Assembly: GCA_023132915.1 (NCBI GenBank) | Contig: JAGLXM010000283.1 | Coordinates: 1 to 47,164 of the forward strand | Direction: 5' to 3' | From: Candidatus Bipolaricaulota bacterium | GTDB lineage: Bacteria > Bipolaricaulota > Bipolaricaulia > UBA7950 > UBA9294 | Length of the DNA stretch: 47,164 bases | Part shown: in pieces, positions 27,504 to 36,064 of the stretch | Layout of the letters: every line of letters starts with the position of its first letter | Position numbering within the stretch: position 1 is the stretch's first letter | Program-made: the position numbers and the translations under genes | Notes under the pieces: model-generated | Seen by the model: the letters and a program-made list of their open reading frames with translations, nothing else | Database searches by the model: none | Told to the model about the DNA's origin: nothing

Positions 27504-28646
27504 TCAGCATCCCGCTGCGATTTCCCTTAGGATCTTGAGATAGCACGTGTAGTTCTTGAACGAAACCTCCGGTGGAACAAAGTGGTCCAGGGCGGGGAAA
27601 TACCCACCCTGAGAAAGCAGAAACGGTATCTTCTTTTCCAGTTCCTCCCGGATGGCCTTCTCCCCCTCGACCAGCGCACGTTTGTCGATGTTGCCGATAA
27701 GGACAAGGTCGGTCCCGTATTCCTTGCGCAGTTCCACGGCGTCCATGCCGGCGGTGACCTCCAGCGGATAGTGTCCGTTGATACCGCTTTCCAACCAAAG
27801 CGGAATTAGCTCTCGCGTGTCCCCGTCGGAGTCGACCAGTATCGTGTTTACCCCCTTCTCCCGCAGCACCCTGTTAATGCGCTTGTAATGAGGCATCATG
27901 AACTCGCGAAATGTCTTCGGCGCGATCATCGAACCTGCCTTGTAGGCCATGTCCTCCCAGTATGTCGCATAGTCTGGCTGCACGTTAGGGAGGATCTTGT
28001 TGAGAATCTCGATAGCGAAGTATTCCAGCCACTCACATATCTCGTGGATGAAGTCGGCGTCTCGATAGTACATTCGGCTCAGCGTCTCCAAACCGAGGAA
28101 CTCCCTCAGGAATCCGAAGAAACTACCCACTGATAATCCCAGTATGTGGTCACGGTTCTTCCACTCCTTGACCCGATCATCCCACCAGGCAGGAAAACGC
28201 GCCGGATCATGCGGATCCAGCCGTTCCTCCTTAAGGCGCTCCCAATCCTCACGGTTTTCAACGGGAAACCTGAGCCATTGCGGCATTCGCTCAGGATGGT
28301 CCTTTAGAATCTTGCATTCCTTCCCCGCCTCGTCGACGACAATCTCCCACCTCTCCCCTGATTGAAGGACCTTCCGCTCGAACGGAGGACTGTAGGGTGG
28401 AGTATAGGGCGGATCGATCCCCCAGCCCAACCCTTGTATTGAAAGGATAACCGGAACGACCTCGACCCGATCAAATCCGAAAAACTCGTGACAGCGTTCA
28501 TAGTCCAGGATTTCCCTGGGAGCGCCCTCTTCGCGAACCCAACGGTGAACCGTCTCCCCCCAGAACCATTGAAAGAAAGAGGGAATTAGCAGGGAGTGTC
28601 TTAGTTCAAAACGCGCCACCTTCTGGAACGTCTCGCGTATGTTCAT
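27504..28646 (-). CDS. Uroporphyrinogen-decarboxylase-fold protein (MtaA/CmuA-like)
   Basis: WEDMAYK, FREFMMPHY, VDSDG, IGNIDKR, YFPALDHFVPP. Confidence 0.8.
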   Translation of the reverse strand: MNIRETFQKVARFELRHSLLIPSFFQWFWGETVHRWVREEGAPREILDYERCHEFFGFDRVEVVPVILSIQGLGWGIDPPYTPPYSPPFERKVLQSGERWEIVVDEAGKECKILKDHPERMPQWLRFPVENREDWERLKEERLDPHDPARFPAWWDDRVKEWKNRDHILGLSVGSFFGFLREFLGLETLSRMYYRDADFIHEICEWLEYFAIEILNKILPNVQPDYATYWEDMAYKAGSMIAPKTFREFMMPHYKRINRVLREKGVNTILVDSDGDTRELIPLWLESGINGHYPLEVTAGMDAVELRKEYGTDLVLIGNIDKRALVEGEKAIREELEKKIPFLLSQGGYFPALDHFVPPEVSFKNYTCYLKILREIAAGC

Positions 28647-28718
28647 GTCAGCGTCCTCTTCCACACAGCGAGGTCATGGGGTGTTCACCACCGGAATTGT
28701 TACATTTGTCGTTTTTAT

Positions 28719-28768
28719 GGGACCGTACATTGCCGCGGCACGGTTAAACCCCGACAATGTACAGTCCC
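28719..28768. other. Long stem-loop downstream of the substrate-binding protein gene
   Basis: GGGACCGTACATTGCCGCGG / CCCCGACAATGTACAGTCCC; 17 of 20 positions complementary, 10-nt loop. Confidence 0.6.
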
Positions 28769-28809
28769 GCCATGCAGGATTCAAAGACTTATTCGATCCG
28801 TCTTTGCTC

Positions 28810-30387
28810 CTACCTATCCAGGTACATAAGATAGAAGTCGTAGATCCCAAAGTTTGCTGGGGTGAATACGAATCCCTTCACATAGTCCCTCATCGCGATT
28901 GCATCACCGATCTGGAATGCCCAGATTCCAAGTGCATCGTTGACGATAATCTCTTGAGCTTGTGCGTAGAGGGCGTGTCTTTGCTCGATGTTCGCGGTGA
29001 GTGCGGCTTTTGTCAGCAGCTCGTTTATTTCGGCATTGGAGTACCCGCGCGGGTAGCACGGGGTGTAGTCGTCCGTGCATTTGAAGTACAAGGTGATGAA
29101 GTTTGTTGCTTCTGGATAGTCTGGCCAATGCTCCACGATGAAGATGTCGACACCCTCTTTTTCGGGCGAAGTGGCCCAAGGACTGAACTGTCCCCAGACC
29201 ATCTCCTCCAGTTTCAATCCGACGCCGATCTCCCGCAGGTTGCGCTGGAATAACTCGAAGATCTGCCGATTCCGGGTCATCGTGTAGTGGACGAGCGTCA
29301 GTGTCAGTTCTCCCGGCGCGTAGCCAGCGGCCGCCAGATCCTCCTTAGCCTTGTCGAGGTCGGTATGGTAGACAAACAGCTGATCGCTGTGCCCGGCGAC
29401 GACGCTCGGCATGGGGCCTTGCAGCTGAACGCTCCCCATCCCAGCAACCTCCACCGCCTCCTCGTACGGGAACGCCCATGAGAGGGCCTTTCGCAGGTGC
29501 AGGTTGTCCATGACGGGGCTAGAGAAGATTGGCAGGTACCACACGACGTTCAGTGTAGCGAGTTCGGCGATCTCAACGCCGGGGGTCGCTCTTAGATTGT
29601 CCAAGTCCTCCGGCTGAGGGAAATCGATCATATCGACCTGCCCTTGCTCCAATAGTAGTTTTCTGGTGGTGTATTCAGGGACGAGTCTCCGGACGATGAT
29701 CTCGATGTGTTTCCCTTCCCAACCACCCCAGTAGTCGTCATTCTTGCTCAGGACCACCCGGTCGCCAGGGATCCATTCGATCAGCTTGTAGGGGCCCGTA
29801 CCAACGAGGTTATTGCTCAACCAGTTTTCTGCCCATGGGTCGTCGCCGGTCGCATGCTCGGCGAGCGCCTTGGGGCTCAGGATGTGCAAGCCGGCCTTTG
29901 CGGTCAGGTTGTAAAGGAACGAGACAGATGGTTGCACGAGGTGCAGCTTGATAGTGTAGTCATCGACAACCTCGACGGCGCTGATCTCAGCTAGCCTAGA
30001 AGAAGGCCCTTTCCCCAGAGCAAGCACCCGCTCTATGTTAACCTTAACGGCCTCAGCGTTGAAAGGTGCCCCATCCGTAAACCCGATTCCGTGCCGCAGG
30101 TGAAAGGTGTACGTCCTCAGATCGTCGGAGACGTCATAGCTTTCCGCAAGCTGTGGAATAATCTCGCTCGTTCCGGGCTTGAAACGCGTTAGATTCTCGC
30201 ACACCTGCATGATGATGTTATTCGCCGTTCCGGAGTCGGTGCCGTGTGCATCGAGGGTGGGAATGTCATAGAACCCTGCACAGGTGAGCATACCACCGTC
30301 TGCCACGGCTACCACCGATATAATCAACCATGAACCAACTAGAATCACTGCCGCTAAACCACTAAACTTAAAGATCCTTCCTCGCAT
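28810..30387 (-). CDS. ABC transporter substrate-binding protein, family 5 (DppA-like)
   Basis: Signal peptide; PQLAESY, YTFHLR..F.DG.PFNAEAVK, GTGPYKL, LRKALSWA; SD AAGGAGG. Confidence 0.92.
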   Translation of the reverse strand: MRGRIFKFSGLAAVILVGSWLIISVVAVADGGMLTCAGFYDIPTLDAHGTDSGTANNIIMQVCENLTRFKPGTSEIIPQLAESYDVSDDLRTYTFHLRHGIGFTDGAPFNAEAVKVNIERVLALGKGPSSRLAEISAVEVVDDYTIKLHLVQPSVSFLYNLTAKAGLHILSPKALAEHATGDDPWAENWLSNNLVGTGPYKLIEWIPGDRVVLSKNDDYWGGWEGKHIEIIVRRLVPEYTTRKLLLEQGQVDMIDFPQPEDLDNLRATPGVEIAELATLNVVWYLPIFSSPVMDNLHLRKALSWAFPYEEAVEVAGMGSVQLQGPMPSVVAGHSDQLFVYHTDLDKAKEDLAAAGYAPGELTLTLVHYTMTRNRQIFELFQRNLREIGVGLKLEEMVWGQFSPWATSPEKEGVDIFIVEHWPDYPEATNFITLYFKCTDDYTPCYPRGYSNAEINELLTKAALTANIEQRHALYAQAQEIIVNDALGIWAFQIGDAIAMRDYVKGFVFTPANFGIYDFYLMYLDR

Positions 30388-30751
30388 TTCCTGTACCTCC
30401 TTGTTGTCTAGATCTGATTTTCGGTTCCAGTACCCGCCTTCGCCTTTTGTGAATCACCTCCTTAACTTGTTGTTGGTCTCTCGTTGCTCTGCAACGGAGC
30501 ATTTCCTATGAATTAACTTTTTCAGTTGTGGTAGTTTCACAACACCAGCAATGTGCGCATTCTTGTTCCTCCGGATCAAGCAGATCTGCCCCTGATTATC
30601 ATCTCAACCTTCACAGGAATACTCTCTGAAGGGTTCAAGAGAAGCGCGGGCATGACTGCTGCGGGTAGCAAATGACTTAAACCTCGCTGTAATGCTCTTA
30701 CTACCCATCTCTAAAACTCCTTGTTACTATCAACCCACGTGTTGTAGGAAT

Positions 30752-31513
30752 TTAGTTCTTCACATAGCCTAATGCCCGCGATATTTCCGTTGCAGTTTTC
30801 GTAACCGTAGCGATCATCTTCTCGGACTCTTCTGAACTATCGAACTCGCGTTTCAGCCCTGTTAGACTGACCGCCCCCACTACATCTCCGCCGTATTCTT
30901 TGATTGGAGCAGCGAAACACTTTATGCCCTCTTCATGTTCTCCATTGTCGATCGCATAGCCGCGTTCCGCGGTCGTCTTGATCTCCTCTAATAATTGAAG
31001 CGGATCGGTGATCGTGTTTGGTGTACGCCTTTCTAGGGTGGCTTCTCGTAGCAGGGACACCACCTGATCCGTGGGTAGTCCACTCAAGAGTGCCTTTCCC
31101 ACCCCTGTACAGTAGGCTGGGGCGCGGCTGCCAATCCTGGACATTATGGGAAGGGTCCTGTGGCTTTCGATCTTGTCGATGTAGACGACGTCTTGACGAT
31201 CCAACACGCACAGGTGAACGGTCATCCGCGTGTCGTCGTTCAGCTCGACGAGGAAAGGATGAGCGGTTTCACGCAGAGGCATCCGACGCAGCAACTGACT
31301 GCCCAACTCCAGGATCTTGTTGCCAAGATGGTAGTGACCATCGCCATCGCTTTGGATATAGCCCATGTCAAGGAGGGAATTGATGTATCTGTAGACACTC
31401 GTCTTGTGGACCCCGATGCGATCCGCCAGCTCGACCACGGTCAGCCCTTCCGCACTCTGAGCCAGCTCTTCGAGAAGTTTGAGCCCTTTTTCCAGGATTT
31501 TCGCATTTGCCAT
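30752..31513 (-). CDS. IclR-family transcriptional regulator (KdgR-like)
   Basis: HTH LADRIGVHKTSVYR; GSRAPAYCTGVGKALL, TPNTITD, GYAIDNGE. Confidence 0.92.
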   Translation of the reverse strand: MANAKILEKGLKLLEELAQSAEGLTVVELADRIGVHKTSVYRYINSLLDMGYIQSDGDGHYHLGNKILELGSQLLRRMPLRETAHPFLVELNDDTRMTVHLCVLDRQDVVYIDKIESHRTLPIMSRIGSRAPAYCTGVGKALLSGLPTDQVVSLLREATLERRTPNTITDPLQLLEEIKTTAERGYAIDNGEHEEGIKCFAAPIKEYGGDVVGAVSLTGLKREFDSSEESEKMIATVTKTATEISRALGYVKN

Positions 31514-31551
31514 AGCGAAAAACGCATCCTTTGTTAGCGTTTACTAAAACC

Positions 31552-31580
31552 ACCATAGCATAAAAAGCAACTCCTGTCAA
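31552..31580 (-). promoter_or_regulatory. Sigma70-type promoter of the IclR gene/cluster
   Basis: TTGACA (31580-31575), 17 nt, TATGGT (31557-31552), with an extended -10 TG. Confidence 0.7.
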
Positions 31581-31802
31581 GGGCAATGTGCCCGTGAGCC
31601 AAGACATCGTTACCAGGTAGAGGAGTTGGTGAGGAGGTGGCTGAAAAAGGCGAAAGATAAAGAAGAAGACAGAGCGCGAGTCGCCTCACGGGAGAGCCCT
31701 TTATGAATCACTACAAAGCGGACCACGACAGAGCGGCTTGTGAATCAGCTTAAAGAAAGGGACATCCCTTCTTAAAATAGGCGCGCGTTGAGTGGAAAGG
31801 CG

Positions 31803-34229
31803 TTAGGCGGATTTTTCCTTTTCTTCTTCCTTTTCCGCCTCTTCCTTCAGCACCTTGCGGATCTGCTCCAGGCGCGTAGCGATGCGGGCAAAGACCGTCC
31901 CTTCCGGGAAGGTGCCGTCTGCTTTCAGAGTTCCGGCAGGGACGCCGGCCAGGATCTCGATCCCCTCTTCCACGGTGGAGACGGGATAGATGTGAAACTC
32001 CCCCTTGTCAACGGCCTCAACAACCTCCTCGGAGAGCATCAGGTTATCGACGTTCTGCACAGGGATCAACACCCCTTGTTCCCCCGTTGATCCTTTTGCC
32101 TGGCAGACCTTGAAGAACCCCTCAATCTTCTCGTTCACCCCGCCGATCGGTTGAATCTCTCCCTTCTGGTTGACCGAGCCGGTGACTGCAATCCCCTGTT
32201 TGATCGGAAGATCGGCCAGGCTGGAGAGGAGAGCGTACAGCTCAGTACTAGATGCACTGTCTCCATCGATCATCGAGTAGCTTTGTTCGAAGGCGAGGCT
32301 GGCTGAGAGGCTCAAGGGTTTCTCCCTGGCGAACCGCTCGCCGAGGAACCCTTTTAGGATCATGATTCCTTTGGTGTGAGTATGCCCGCCGAGCTCGGCC
32401 TCGCGCTCAATGTCGACGATCCCACCTTTGCCGGTATGGACTGTCGCCGTGATCCGCGATGGCTTTCCGAAGGCGTAGTTTCCAAACTGCAGGATAGCCA
32501 GTCCGTTTACCTGTCCGGTCTTCGCCCCTTCGGTGTCGACCAGGATCTGGTCGCGGGCGATCATCTCGCGTATCTTTTCCTCGATCCGGTTGCGTCGATC
32601 GTCACGCTCCTTGAGCGCACGGCGGACGTGTTCGCCGGTGACGTATGGCGATTCCTCGATGCGTGCCCAATAGGAGGCCTCCTTGACGATCGAGGTTAGA
32701 TTCCCGAATTGGCAGGAGAGCTTCTTCTGATCACAAGCGAGCTCTGAGGAGTACTCGACGATCTTTGCCACACCGTTAGCGTCGAACGGGAGCAGGCTTT
32801 CATCCTCCTGACAACGGGCACGTAAGAAGCGCGCGATCTCCTGCTCATGCTCAGGGGTACGCTCCATCTCCGTTCCGAAGTCACTCTTGACGGAAAACAA
32901 CTTGGGGAAGTCCTCATCGTAGTAGTGTAAGAGCTCATAGATCTGGGGACTACCGATTATGATCACCTTCATCCGGAACGGGATTGGCTCCGGCTTCAAC
33001 CCCTCGGTCGTAGAATAGCCAAGCATCTGCAACGGGTCCTCAATTCGGATCTCCCGTCGCTTGATCGCAATCTTCAGCGCCTCCCAACTGAGGCCGACGC
33101 GAAAGAGGTTGTTCGCGTTTAGGACCAGGTAGCCTCCGTTGGCCCGGTGGAGTGAGCCTGGCTTGATCATGGAGAAGTCGGTGACGGCGACCCCCATCTG
33201 CACACGCCGTTCGATCGAGCCGAACAGATTGGTGTAGGTTGCATTCTGCTCAACGATCACTGGAGCGCCCTCAGTCGGCGAGTTGTCAACCAGGACGTTA
33301 ACATAGTAGCGCTTGAATGGATCGGCCTGGGGAATAGGAAACGGGAAAGGCACCTTCTTGGTCCCTTGGTTCCCTCCCCCTTTGAACCCCTCCAGGTGCT
33401 CGACGATGTCGGCCTTGACGTTCTCGAGGAAGGTGGCCACTTTGTCGAGCTCGCCGTAGCGGCCCTTCAGTTGGTTAAAGTGCGGCTCGATCATGAACAG
33501 AACAGCTTCCTTGGCCAGTTTTTTGATCTCTTCTTCTCGCTCCTCTTCCACACGCGTGATCTCCTGCAGGCTCTCCTGAATTAGGGTCTGTACCTCGCCT
33601 TGTCTCTCAAGGATCTTCGCGCGCTCCTCCTCGGAGAGGGCCTCGTACTCTTCCTGGCTGAGCGGTTCGCCCTTCTTGTGCAGCGGGAGGGTATTGATCC
33701 CGATCGGGGTGCGCTGGATTGCGAAGCCATGCTCGCGCGACTTTGACTCCATCTCCTCTAAAAGCTTTGCTCGCTTCTCGCTGTGTCGCTCGTTGATCTT
33801 CTTGCTTCGTGCCTTGAACTCGTCCGACTCGAAGACCTTGGGGATGTCGCGCTTGAGCCGCACGATCAGGTGTTCCATGTCTGTACGCAACTGGCATCCC
33901 ATGCCGGCGGGGAGCTCCAGGTAGCGAGGGCTGTAGGGATTGTCGAAGTTGTGTACGTAGCAGAGGTCTGGAGGCCTGGGCTCATCTTTGCTCACATGGC
34001 TTAAAAAGTACTCTACCGCGGACATCTTCCCAGTTCCTGGTCCGCCGGCCACGTAGATGTTGTAGCGATTCTTGGCGTCCTTGATTCCCAAACCGAGTTT
34101 GAGTGCCGCGATCGCCCGCTTTTGACCGATGATGTGGTCGAGGGGCTCCAGTTCAGCGCTCGTCTCAAAGTCAAATATCGCGGGATCACATGTGTAGCGA
34201 AGCTTTGTTGCATCGAGTTCTTTGACCAT
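31803..34229 (-). CDS. Lon-like protease (LonC/LonB-like, S16)
   Basis: IIGQKRA, GGPGTGK, coiled-coil insert, PGSLHRANGGYL, FEQSY..IDGDSAS (Ser), GGVNEKIEGF (Lys). Confidence 0.9.
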   Translation of the reverse strand: MVKELDATKLRYTCDPAIFDFETSAELEPLDHIIGQKRAIAALKLGLGIKDAKNRYNIYVAGGPGTGKMSAVEYFLSHVSKDEPRPPDLCYVHNFDNPYSPRYLELPAGMGCQLRTDMEHLIVRLKRDIPKVFESDEFKARSKKINERHSEKRAKLLEEMESKSREHGFAIQRTPIGINTLPLHKKGEPLSQEEYEALSEEERAKILERQGEVQTLIQESLQEITRVEEEREEEIKKLAKEAVLFMIEPHFNQLKGRYGELDKVATFLENVKADIVEHLEGFKGGGNQGTKKVPFPFPIPQADPFKRYYVNVLVDNSPTEGAPVIVEQNATYTNLFGSIERRVQMGVAVTDFSMIKPGSLHRANGGYLVLNANNLFRVGLSWEALKIAIKRREIRIEDPLQMLGYSTTEGLKPEPIPFRMKVIIIGSPQIYELLHYYDEDFPKLFSVKSDFGTEMERTPEHEQEIARFLRARCQEDESLLPFDANGVAKIVEYSSELACDQKKLSCQFGNLTSIVKEASYWARIEESPYVTGEHVRRALKERDDRRNRIEEKIREMIARDQILVDTEGAKTGQVNGLAILQFGNYAFGKPSRITATVHTGKGGIVDIEREAELGGHTHTKGIMILKGFLGERFAREKPLSLSASLAFEQSYSMIDGDSASSTELYALLSSLADLPIKQGIAVTGSVNQKGEIQPIGGVNEKIEGFFKVCQAKGSTGEQGVLIPVQNVDNLMLSEEVVEAVDKGEFHIYPVSTVEEGIEILAGVPAGTLKADGTFPEGTVFARIATRLEQIRKVLKEEAEKEEEKEKSA

Positions 34230-34279
34230 CTCTTCCTCCTGACATTAGAATTGTAGCACAGATGAATCGATGGCTGCAA
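34222..34279. promoter_or_regulatory. Putative overlapping divergent promoters for lon-like and PLD genes
   Basis: Plus: TTGACC (34222-27), 18 nt, TAGAAT (34246-51). Minus: TTGCAG (34279-74), 18 nt, TACAAT (34255-50) with extended -10 TG. Confidence 0.45.
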
Positions 34280-35356
34280 TGGCGGATTACGGGAGAGACG
34301 GCTCTCTTTTTCCTCGTTCTATTCGCGGTTGGGGCGGGCCTTATCGCCCAGACACTCGTTTGTCCGGTGATCGATCGACCGGGGGAAAACCGCTATTGCT
34401 GTTGCGTCAAAGAGGCGTTCGCCGCGGCAGAGGAGTCGATCGACCTTTTGCTCTCAAACGCCCAGCTTGATGAAGTACCCCTGTGGGATGAGCTGCTCGC
34501 GGCGGCCTCCCGCGGAGTACGGGTACGCGTCCTTCTTGATGAGAGCGAATGGTCCACCTCGATCACTGAAAAGAACCGGCCGACAATTGAATTTCTTAAG
34601 GTACATGGGATCGAGGCTCGCTTCGATGATCCTGCAGTTACCACCCACGCCAAGCTGGTGATCGTCGATCGGCGGGTGGTAATCCTTGGTTCTTCAAACT
34701 GGAACCACTACGCTTTCACCGATCAGGAACAGGCAAACGTGAAGGTGCAAGACGCGCAGGTGGGGGAAGTGTTTGCGACATACTTTGATAGGTTGTGGAG
34801 GGGGGACCTGCCAGCTGGCGGGGTCAGGCTTGATCTGGGTCTCCTAACCGGAGAGGGTCCGCTCCTTATTCCAATACCGGAGACTGTGGGCACCGCAAAC
34901 TACGCCTCCCTGCTCCTCGAACTCCTCCACCGGGTCAAGCGATCGATCCATGTCGTGATGTACCGGATTTCCTACTATCCGCAGTACGAAGGAAGCCTTT
35001 CAAACGAAATCCTGCACGCTTTGGTCGATGCGGCCGCTCGCGGGCTAGATGTTAAGGTCTTAATCGATGACTGTGCCTTCTATCCTGGCTCGGCCGAGGA
35101 GAATCTGGAAGCAGCGCTTTACCTGCACTTACATGGGGTAGGGATCCACCTTGACGATCCCTCAGAGACCACCCACTGCAAGCTGGTAATTATAGATGAA
35201 GAGACGGTTCTTCTGGGCTCGACGAATTGGAATTACTACGCCTTGGAGAAGAACAACGAGGTCGACCTTGCCCTCATCGGTCTTCCACTCGTTGCTGCTC
35301 CTTATGAGCAGTTCTTCCACGTTTTGTGGAAAGAAGGAAGACGCCTCGACGAGTAG
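34262..35356 (+). CDS. Phospholipase D-family protein with two HKD domains
   Basis: HAKLVIVD...GSSNW and HCKLVIID...GSTNW; N-terminal hydrophobic segment. Confidence 0.88.
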   Translation: MNRWLQWRITGETALFFLVLFAVGAGLIAQTLVCPVIDRPGENRYCCCVKEAFAAAEESIDLLLSNAQLDEVPLWDELLAAASRGVRVRVLLDESEWSTSITEKNRPTIEFLKVHGIEARFDDPAVTTHAKLVIVDRRVVILGSSNWNHYAFTDQEQANVKVQDAQVGEVFATYFDRLWRGDLPAGGVRLDLGLLTGEGPLLIPIPETVGTANYASLLLELLHRVKRSIHVVMYRISYYPQYEGSLSNEILHALVDAAARGLDVKVLIDDCAFYPGSAEENLEAALYLHLHGVGIHLDDPSETTHCKLVIIDEETVLLGSTNWNYYALEKNNEVDLALIGLPLVAAPYEQFFHVLWKEGRRLDE

Positions 35357-35469
35357 AGGGACTCTCCTCTGGCCGGAAATCACTTGAGTTTTCACTCTTT
35401 GAGATCGCTTGGCTCTTCCTAAGGACGATCAGGAGGAACCGAAGGCTTGCCCTTGATTTATCAAGGCGT

Positions 35470-35817
35470 TTACGGTGTTTTACTTGTGTAGCCACACTCA
35501 AGGCAACGCCACTCGATCTCCCCGCTCAGTGGGTACCAACGAACCGGGACCATGCTTCCCCCGCACTCAGGGCAGGGCGCAACCGAAAGGTTTGCTGGTA
35601 TTGCCTCCTTGTCCGGGCCTGTGGCAATCAGGTTCACTGGTTCTTCCATGACCAGGCTGACCTTGCCCATTACGCCTGTAGTGGCATCTGCCAGCTCAAC
35701 CTGCCCTTTAATGTTTATGGTGAGGCCTTGACGGTTGATTTGCACCAAGATAAACAACATCCCAGCCAACAGGCAGATCAGCGTGATAAAGGCGACCGAA
35801 AGTGCGATCTGTCGCAT
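35470..35817 (-). CDS. Small membrane-anchored protein with C-terminal zinc ribbon
   Basis: N-terminal TM; CPECGG...WRCLECG; SD AAGGAGG. Confidence 0.7.
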   Translation of the reverse strand: MRQIALSVAFITLICLLAGMLFILVQINRQGLTINIKGQVELADATTGVMGKVSLVMEEPVNLIATGPDKEAIPANLSVAPCPECGGSMVPVRWYPLSGEIEWRCLECGYTSKTP

Positions 35818-36064
35818 TTTCTCCTCCTTTCCCGAGCGACAGGGAAGGAAAATTTAACTTTCCTTGATAAGAATTGTACCCCACTCAAGACGCTCTGCCT
35901 TTAACGTTAGCGTCTCCCGCGCCTAAGCCACGGGGATCATCCCCATTCTTGAGGTGGAGGACGACGATCCTGGGGGCACTCATCCTTAAGGGCATCGTGA
36001 CGATGATCGGTTCACGTGTCCTCACGAGCTTGTAAGCACCAACGGTACCGCACTACCCGGATGA

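Noticed and set aside
30604-30708. 34-codon ORF MGSKSITARF... with SD just downstream of IclR
   Set aside because: No recognisable motif; cannot distinguish a leader peptide or stub from chance.
31617-31706. EELVRRWLKKAKD, reminiscent of a HEPN protein N-terminus
   Set aside because: Too short, no clear start, and the similarity is only impressionistic.
689-31748. TTGTGAATCA seen in three intergenic spots (about 689, 30447, 31739) as Rex sites
   Set aside because: Half-sites only; no complete TTGTGAA-N4-TTCACAA palindrome.
35914-35935. CCCGCGCCTAAGCCACGGGG, resembling an IS200/IS605 end hairpin
   Set aside because: Degenerate, with no partner end or transposase remnant nearby.
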